Below, one piece after another: positions 55,413-64,000 of a DNA stretch of 64,000 bases. The notes under the pieces were generated by a model. It ran no database searches, had not been told where the DNA came from, and saw only the letters and a list, made by a program, of their open reading frames with translations. The stretch is from Trichinella spiralis (Eukaryota). The DNA is taken from contig NW_003526946.1 of NCBI RefSeq assembly GCF_000181795.1, forward strand, positions 677,351 through 741,350, read 5' to 3'. The position numbers were made by a program, and so were the translations under genes. Numbering within the stretch: the first letter of the stretch is position 1; each line of letters opens with the position of its first letter.

Positions 55413-56865
55413 TCAGTTCAACGTTCCTTCGGAACTGTTCTTCAATTTAGCATTGGCTAAAATGGAAAAAATAATTATATAAAAGTGTTCATATAAAATA
55501 ATTAAAATAATAAAGGAAACCAAAGATAGAACATTTCTTATTATTTTTCCTATTTGCTTACCGCTTATCTCGTCGCCTTCTGTTTTTAATTGCTTCGAAT
55601 TACTATTTGCAGCAGAACTAGCACTGCTATTAGCATTTTTACTTTTCAGTTCTCTCTTTGAACCAGAATTGAAGCGTCCACCTTCGCCTCGTATTCTGTT
55701 TAATGCATGCAAATGGCGCGACTCATGAAGATACTTCTAAAAAGCAACAAAAAAACAAAAATTAATAATCAAATATAAGAAAAAATCATGCTTCTCATAT
55801 TCACCTGACGCCCTCTTGGAATCCGACCATCAGCTTCCAGCTTAGCACGAGTATGTCGTCTCTTCATGATACGCTCGTACTGTTTACTGTTAACCAAAAA
55901 TGGTTGATCGTCACTTTCTGTTTTTGCATCATTTTGAATAGCGGTAGCTGAGTTCAATATGCTGGGGTTGATCTGAAAATCAGACTTGTTAAAATTTAAT
56001 CTTTAAAAACAATGCGTATATCAAAAAAAAACAAAACAAAACTGTTACTACCATCACAATCTGAGGAACTGGAGAACCATTTTGACCCGTAGAATTTTGA
56101 AGTAACTGGGCAATATTTGCCGAACCAGAAGGCGAAACTTGGATGAACGCTGTAATAATACAATTTTTAGAACTATATATATTATTAAAAACATTAACTA
56201 CTAAAATAAAATTTCATACTAGGATCCGCATTAGACTGACATTGAGAAGCTACTTCAGAGTTTCCTACTTCAGCGTTCAGTTGCTGGGACTGGGATCCTG
56301 GTGAAAGATGTCCAGTTTCTGTTGAAGAAAAGCCTAGAAATATTTAAAAATAACAACACATTACCTGTAAAAGTGAAAAATTTAAATAAAAATAAGTTAC
56401 TGGTATTTAATATTTGTGATGAATAAATAATTGCCTGCTGGCCATTACTGGTATCATTGCCAGAACCAGGAACTTGAAGCGAAACTCCATTTGTCAAAGC
56501 TGATAAAGTGTTTTGGTCGATTTGTAATATTTGCAAAGTATTCTAAAGTACAATTAATATGAATATTGACAAAACATTGACTACACTTACGGATGAAGAT
56601 GTTTGAATCGAAGAGCTAGCTGCTGCAAGTTGAAGTGTTTGTCCATTTGCTAGTTGCACACTGAATGTTTTAAAGCCTGAAGGAACAGCAGTGACGCTTG
56701 CATTTGAACAATTTGAATTTGTAAACTAAAAAAACATCTGTTTAAAACAATCAATTCAATACATACACGTAGAATTCAAACTCTAACAGCAGTGGTTGTG
56801 ATAGGAGTGACTGATACGTCTGGTGGTGAAGAAGCAACTGATGCATTTAAATCAATATTATCCAT
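55413..56865 (-). CDS. NFYA: Nuclear transcription factor Y subunit alpha (NF-YA/CBF-B)
   Basis: [55 protein letters not shown] is the conserved CBF-B domain. It follows a Q/S/T-rich activation region starting at ATG 56865. Confidence 0.95.
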
Positions 56866-57879
56866 ACTTCAACAACCAACAACTAAAATGTAAAGTTATT
56901 AAGTATTATTAACTATTATATTTCAAATAATATTTAATAAAATTAAGTATTGTCTTTAAAATATTTTTTAAATAAACAATACAAACTACATTGAACAATA
57001 GAACCTTCTTGTATCAATACTACAGTATCACCCTAACGATTAATGTTCGCGTGCATCGATGACGTAACGTTTCTCTTCATATGATAATTGGTCATAGCTG
57101 TTGTTCAAAGCAGTTAATTAAAATTCTCTACTAGATAACAAAGTTGCAGTTCTAATTAACCGTCCATTGCTCATGATCCCAGGGAAATGGTTTTCGAAGC
57201 TATGTAGTTTGTTTTGACTATGGTTCGGCTCAAAATTTTTTTTATTATACAATAATCATTATTATTATTATCAAACTTTTCGCTCAATGGTAAAGATAAA
57301 AAGTGATAAGATAAAATAAGATACATTCAATAATCATCGTTGTTGATTGAATACTTAGGAAAATGTTCGTTAAAAAGCAGGAAATGTAAAAGTGTGTTTG
57401 ACTGGAGCAAAATGTAAACAGCACCGCTGGTCTACTGTAATTGCTTACTGGCGCGTGACCTAGACTCGTGAGAGGAAAAGTTGGCCAAATGTTATGGTAG
57501 GGTTTTGTTTGCCTGTTCTGAATGAATGACTAAGGACAAGTTTGTCCGGAGTGAAAATATCTCAGTTCAGAGATGAGAAAGAATTCTCGACGGAAGCAGT
57601 GCAATTGGTTTCCATTTTCCTATGCCAAAGACAACTACTACCAATTTTGATTTTAAAATAATTGATAAAAAAAAGTAAAAGAAAAGAGGAAATGTTCGAG
57701 TGAAATGAAGACAACCAATTGTTTTGATCGATATTTGACAAGCGAACAGAACTGCATTTATTCTTCGAATCAATCGACCGTTTGTGGTCAGAAAGAAACG
57801 TTCACGGATGAAAAACTTGCTTCCTTTCCACTTTGTAAAATTCAAAACAGAACAGATTCAAAATAAATGATAAAAATAG

Positions 57880-58705
57880 CCAATCATAAATGGTAGAGAT
57901 TTTAACAATGAGGAAAAAGAAACGGAAAGAAAAGTGAAATGGAAATCGCCAGCTAGGCTCGAAAGATGACTAAGAAAATAGCCGAGGCGTGTTTTTTCTC
58001 ATGCTCATGTGGAAACACAGACCTCAAATGATTGGTCCTTTTTAAAATCAGATGCCATTACCTCCAGTCAAGTCGGCGAACAAAAGTCTGTCGTTGGTTG
58101 GCTGTGATGTTCGGGCGTAGACGGATTTGATGTACAAGCCAATGATATGGAAGCAGAGCAGAGCAAACTGGGCAATTGGAGCAATAGTTTTCAAAGGCCT
58201 ATATGCGCAGCGATTGGCCGTTCAGATCTAGACAACCAGACGTGCCGGATGAGCAAAAAAGCAGGTCATTCGCTAATGAACGCGCAGTTGTCAACGTTCC
58301 AACTCGGCAAATTTATAGCCAATCAATGCCTTTTTGGTAAAATTATCATACTGTAATTTAAACTAATGCAGGTATGCTTTCCAATTTCATTTTTTTAAAA
58401 TTTCAATTAAATAATGAAAAAAATAATCAGTATCAAAAAATTTTCATTTTTTATTATTTAATGCAAAAATATTTATTTCTTTAGTTATGTGTGTGTGGAC
58501 ATTTTAATTTTTTTTAAGAAATTTATGAAAAATTGTAAAATATGATTTAAAGTACTGCAGGTGATATCAATTTTTTACAAATCATCACGAGGCTATTCCC
58601 GTTGTTGACGGGCTAGATTTGATGTTGACATCAAAGGCATGCCGCTTCAAGATTTGATTGGTTGTAAATTTCGCGTCGAACTTTGATTGGGTTAAATTTC
58701 ATTGG
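57880..58705. promoter_or_regulatory. CCAAT-box (NF-Y site) cluster upstream of NF-YA
   Basis: Seven RRCCAATSR matches, with cores at 57880(+), 58031(-), 58139(+), 58213(-), 58319(+), 58657(-) and 58701(-). Weaker CCAAT cores occur at 58175, 58381 and 58686. Confidence 0.75.
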
Positions 58706-58853
58706 CTAAATTTCATTAGTTGTTGTTGCGATGAATTTTACTCGTTGTCCGGAACTTAAATTTTACTGGTTGTCATGGTAATGCGTGCTATTTGCCAAAT
58801 TTTGGTTTCATTTTAATGGTCACTTTTCTGATATTCAAATCTTTACTTTTATC

Positions 58854-58856
<3 letters not shown>

Positions 58857-58891
<35 letters not shown>
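58857..58891. repeat. (TA)n microsatellite
   Basis: About 17 TA units. Confidence 0.95.
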
Positions 58892-58894
<3 letters not shown>

Positions 58895-61800
58895 AGTATT
58901 ATACCATGAGTAGTAGCGTAAAGTAAAAATAAAAGCTGACTAGCATTTCAAAATTATAAGCTTATAAACAAATTTTCTGTTTGGGCATAGTTAATTATAT
59001 TCATACAACTGTTGATCAGATCTAAGAAATTTGCTTTACTTAAAGCTGAACTGACTCGGTTCCAAGTGGTGGTTTTGTATTATATTTTAATGATTGATAT
59101 TTTTCATTTTTCATTGTTTCTATTTTCTATTATTGATCACTTATATTTGTTTATTTTACTTATTGTTGTTATCATCTGTTATTTACTGTTTATATTGTTG
59201 TTGTTGAGCGTTGAAAAATAAAAAATTATTTTGCTGTATTTGTTGATCTACTGCTATCTCATTTCATTAAACTTCATTTAGTTACCATAATAATGAAATA
59301 TAGAAAACTTATTTTAAAATTTTAATTTAATTTAATAATTAATTTTTTTAATTGATTTTGAAACTGATTTATTGTTGTTGCGACTGCGTAAATAGGGTTT
59401 GAAAATTCATCCCAACTTTCGTAAAAATAATTTTAATCCATATTTTTCATCACTCTTTTTGCTTCAATGCGATGCAGAACATTTAATCACAGTATAAATT
59501 TTCATGCATTACCAACTTTCTTCACGTTCATTTGATAAACTGAACTATCAGTTTTGATATTCAAATTTTTAAATGAAATTACTTTTACTTGATTCTAAAT
59601 TTATTTATCGATTATTATAAGTGAAACAACAAATAAAGACTACTGACAAATGTTTACGAATGCAAATAAATAACATACGTGAAAGATTGTATCTGTCGAA
59701 TCACGATTAAATTTGGTTTGTCCAGCAGGTATTGTTGACAAATGTTGCTTGTTCTGTGAATTGATTACGTTAGTGTAAAAGTGAAACGTATACAATTTAG
59801 AATCAATAACAACGCAATAATCGCGATTCACTTTAACACTGTTGAATTACTAGCTCCACAGGTTGGTAATATTGAAAAATTAAGTATTATTTGTAAGAAT
59901 TACTTTTACAAGTACAATTGTTTATTTTATTAACTGTTCTATTCTTAGAGAATAAATTCCACCTTGATATAAGCGATGTAAGTTGTAAATTGAAAAAAAC
60001 CACATAACTGACTAATGAAAGTGTTCGTAATTTCAAAAACGTTTGCATTAATAACACGTTTGTCTCTGAACAAATTAATTTTTAAAATGGACAAACTGTT
60101 TATTTTTTAAACATTTAAATAAACAAGGAAAAATGAAAAGAATAAAATTTAAAAGTCTGAAAATTTAAACTATGCTAAATATATTTCAAAAGTAAACATT
60201 TTTTTAAATTATCAATAACATGTGAAATACTGCAATGTACCTCTGCTCAATATGTATAATACCTATTTATTAACAGTGTACTGTACTACAGTATTGTCCT
60301 TTTACTTCTTCGATTTGAAATGGATAACCTCATAAATTTCAATTATTTTATGAAAATATATATAATTAATACAAAAATATAATAGCAATATAATACAACA
60401 GTTGGATAGTAATAATAAAATTTAGAAACTTTATAATATTTTGCTGTTTTATTCATGATGAAATTTAATTAAAATTGTATATCCTTTTTAGCGTAACGTA
60501 TGTTTAGGAAATGATAGCGAAAAAACTGATTAATGGTATTTTTTGCAAGCAAACAAATCATTATCATTAATGAATAAAAATCAAGTTATTTTCAAAGTGT
60601 TCAACAACTGCGGACATGCAGTGTGGAAATTGACATCGAACGATTGTTTATATTGTCATGGGAATTGAAAAGTCTCATTTTTCGTAGAACGTACTGTTCA
60701 TTAATTGGAAGTTCTGAGAAAGTAGAATTAATTAGATATTGTGAATTATCAACAAAGTTCAACTTAATAAATCATACGCAAACGATACTAAATATAAAAG
60801 AAACAATCAGTACGCTTAAAAAAATGTTCACACCTCACGACAATGATGTTTTATTTTTATGCTGTTAACAAAAAAATTAACGTTATTGTTACAGTTGTTA
60901 GGTAGCTTGAAAATTATGTTACTGTTTTATTAATGTACATAAAAATTGCTTTTGTTATATTCGAGTTGACATTTTTGAAAGTTGTTTCATTTTATTATTC
61001 ACTATTTACAAGTGGCTCACAAGAAGATATACGGTTTCAGAGAGTTGGGCGGAAAAGATGATAAAATTGTTATTTGCAGACGCAGTGGTGTAATGCTGAA
61101 AAGCACAACAATTCAACTGCTATAGGTGAACACCAGCTTTTGGCAATCGTGCTTATTTTGTTCTGTTTTGTTTTTTTCATTTCATGGAGTAATATGCTTA
61201 ACATTGTCGATGCTATTAAATAATATTCAGTACATTCATTCAGATAAATTTTTAAAGTTATTTGTATTGTATACATTTGACAGTTTGATTTTGTTGGCTC
61301 ATTTAAACAATTAATTAAAATAAATTAACAATCAAGTTAAAATTTTTCTCATATTTTTTTCAAGAATGAATTGTCCATAACACCAAAGTATGCTTCCTTT
61401 TGGTTTTACTTCTCAACTTTGATTTTTTTCCGTTTTTCTTAACAGACATGATCAATATCATACTGGTTCTAGATCCAAAAGATAAAATTGACTAGGCAAA
61501 AAAAATATCTGAATGAAACTTGCATTAAGCATCAAATCTGATCACCACGCTTTCCTCAATCAGATTCAAGCAAAAACTGCAACAAGCATTTGTTAATTTA
61601 ATTTGATTCAAGATCTACCAGTTCGTTGTTTGAATGCAGATTGAAATATATTCATTTTTCTTTAGGCAATTTATTTATACAAGCATACAGGAAAAAAAGA
61701 GAAGCAAATTGAGAGTTTGATGAATTGAATTGCATTAAGCTGAATATAAAAAGTGAATATTAACTTTATATTGTAATGAATGATTTTGAGCAAAATCGTT

Positions 61801-62132
61801 TAATTCAATTAATTATTGTTGTTTGAATTATATTTAAAACTTGATGAAATGCAAAATGAAATATCCAACTGAATGGACACTTCAAACATAATTGTGACCG
61901 CTGACAAAGCAATAAAAATCTAACTAACAGGTTTCAACTCGGAAAAATTGAACCGGCCATTAATTTTCGTTTAAATATATTACTTAGCGAAAATCCTAGT
62001 GAAATTAAATTGAAATTTTTTTTTATAATAATGAATTTTCAATTATTATTTTTCAGCATGTTTGTATGATTATTACAAAATTTGCGATGAATATTTACAA
62101 ATGGAAACAAATAGATATTTTTGTAGGCAAAT

Positions 62133-63840
62133 ATGGAAAAATCTGCCTTAATCTCAGAACTGAATGTAAAACCGAACATTGAGCAACCACGATGGGATCA
62201 GTCGACTTATTGGGGACGGGCGAAGCATTTCTTTGCCATTACTAACCCGTTGAATTTATTCTGTTCAAATAAACAACTTCAAGAAGCGAAAGAAATTGTC
62301 GAAAATTACCGGTAATCATCAAAATAATAATTTATTCATATGCAAATCTGTATATTATTTATTTTTTTCCTTTTAATGATATTTCTTTTGATAAAATTGA
62401 TTTTTTATTCTTCATGAATGAGATGCAATTTAAATTTATGTATATGCTTAGTTATTAATTTGTTTTTTTCCAATACAAATGGGAATTAATAAGGAGAATT
62501 TTTTTTAATTACAGTAAAGGTGAATATAGTGATCGTTTGACCACGGATGAACTGTGGAAGGCGAAGCATCTGTATGATTCAGCTTATCATCCAGATACAA
62601 AGGAAAAAATGTTCATCGTCGGTCGAATGTCCGCCCAGGTTCCCATGAATATGATGATCACTGGTTGCATGTTAACGTTTTATAAGTTTGTTTGTTTTAA
62701 ATTTAAATTTTATTATTAATTATTTTGTTCAAAGTTGTGTTGAAATTGTTCAATTGTGCAGGACAACCAAAGAAGTAGTCTTTTGGCAGTGGTTCAATCA
62801 ATCGTTCAACGCTTTAGTGAATTACACAAACCGAAGTGGTGATAGCCCGATTCCACTTAGGTTAATTTTTACTTTTTTGAATTTACGCTTTTGCACTGAA
62901 TTTATTCTTAGCCAGCTAACGTTGTCGTACATTGCTGGTACAGGAGGCGCACTTGGAACCGCATTGGGTTTGAACAGTCTAGTGAAAGTGTGCTTTGGAT
63001 TCTTCTTATTTTCTTTCATTTCAATGTAATAAAATCGCATAACGTTTAGAAAATGCCGTCCCTCATTGGCCGATTTGTTCCTTTCTTCGCCGTTGCGGCT
63101 GCCAATTGTATTAACATCCCGATGATGCGAATGCGGTAATACTGTTAAATCGTCAGTGATCATTTCTTCTAATTAAAAATAGATTACAGAGAATTGCAGT
63201 ACGGTATTCCAGTATTTGATGAAGATGGTCAAAGACTTGGCAATTCTTGTATTGCTGCCCAAAAAGCAATTCAAATGGTTACGATGAGTCGCACTATTAT
63301 GGCTATGCCTGGAATGAGTAAGTGTAACATTAACGATTTCTTTCTTTCTCAAGCTAACATCAACATTCAAATAAATTGTTTAATCATTCACATCTAAACT
63401 CATTTAATGTTGATGTATTACTATTATTAATATTATCAAAGCATACTTTGAATAACAATTGTTTAGTGTTGGCACCAATTTTGGTAGATTGGCTAGAAAG
63501 AAAACCTTGGTATCGTGTAAGTTAATTTCCAATTTCGACAATCTTGTTCATTTTGCATACCGACATTCGAACTTTTAGCCTTTCAAAATTCTCAGTGGGC
63601 CTATACAAATTGTATCCGTTGGATGTATTCTTCTATTCGCTACGCCGTTGTGTTGCGCCCTTTATCCACAGAAAAGGTGAATCTGCAGAGGGTTTCTTTT
63701 CCAAAAATTACACACACACACAAGTTGAATGAAACTTTTTTAGTTCCTTGAATATCAAGCAACTGGAACCTGAATTACGTGAACGTATTGCCAAAGACAA
63801 AGATGATGCCAAGTGGGTATATTTCAATAAAGGATTATGA
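62133..63840 (+). CDS. Sideroflexin (mitochondrial serine/tricarboxylate carrier), SFXN1/3-like
   Basis: [83 protein letters not shown] and the terminal YFNKGL*. Confidence 0.95.
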
Positions 63841-64000
63841 TTCAAATAAAATGGGAATTTTGGAAACAATCTGTCGACTGTTTTTCTTTGAATCATGCAT
63901 TGACAACTAACACACAGATCATGTAATTCTATAATTTTTTACTCGAACCGAAAAACCATAATCGAAAATTTTAACGATATGACTTCTGGTATCTTGCGCG

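Noticed and set aside
58900..62050. Short hydrophobic ORFs upstream of sideroflexin
   Set aside because: AT-rich low-complexity intergenic or intronic sequence with no family signatures.

Overview
AT-rich eukaryotic genomic DNA with many short (about 50-100 nt) GT-AG introns. The style is consistent with a nematode such as Trichinella, but that is an inference. I reconstructed 14 protein-coding genes by hand: RidA/UK114 (+), a Domino/p400/SRCAP SWR1-type remodeler (-, about 14 kb), two divergent RBBP4/p55-like WD40 paralogues (-), a degenerate Vasa-like DEAD-box pseudo-helicase (-), LUC7L3 (+), a PH-domain DOK-like adaptor (-), an Aurora kinase (+), ATP synthase subunit d (-), CstF-64 (+), WDR1/AIP1 (-), EMC4 (+), a trypsin-like protease homologue lacking the catalytic triad (+), NF-YA (-) and sideroflexin (+). 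There is also a decayed Tigger/pogo transposase fragment. The strongest unexplained signals are: (1) a 1.3-kb Domino intron that looks like an isoform switch (read-through to a short protein versus splicing to a p400-like SANT/polyQ tail) and contains several strongly base-paired RNA elements; (2) a dense cluster of consensus CCAAT boxes upstream of the NF-YA gene itself; (3) a candidate poison exon in LUC7L3; and (4) two pseudoenzymes. Exon boundaries were read by eye, and several start codons are uncertain. No tRNA, rRNA or CRISPR was recognised.
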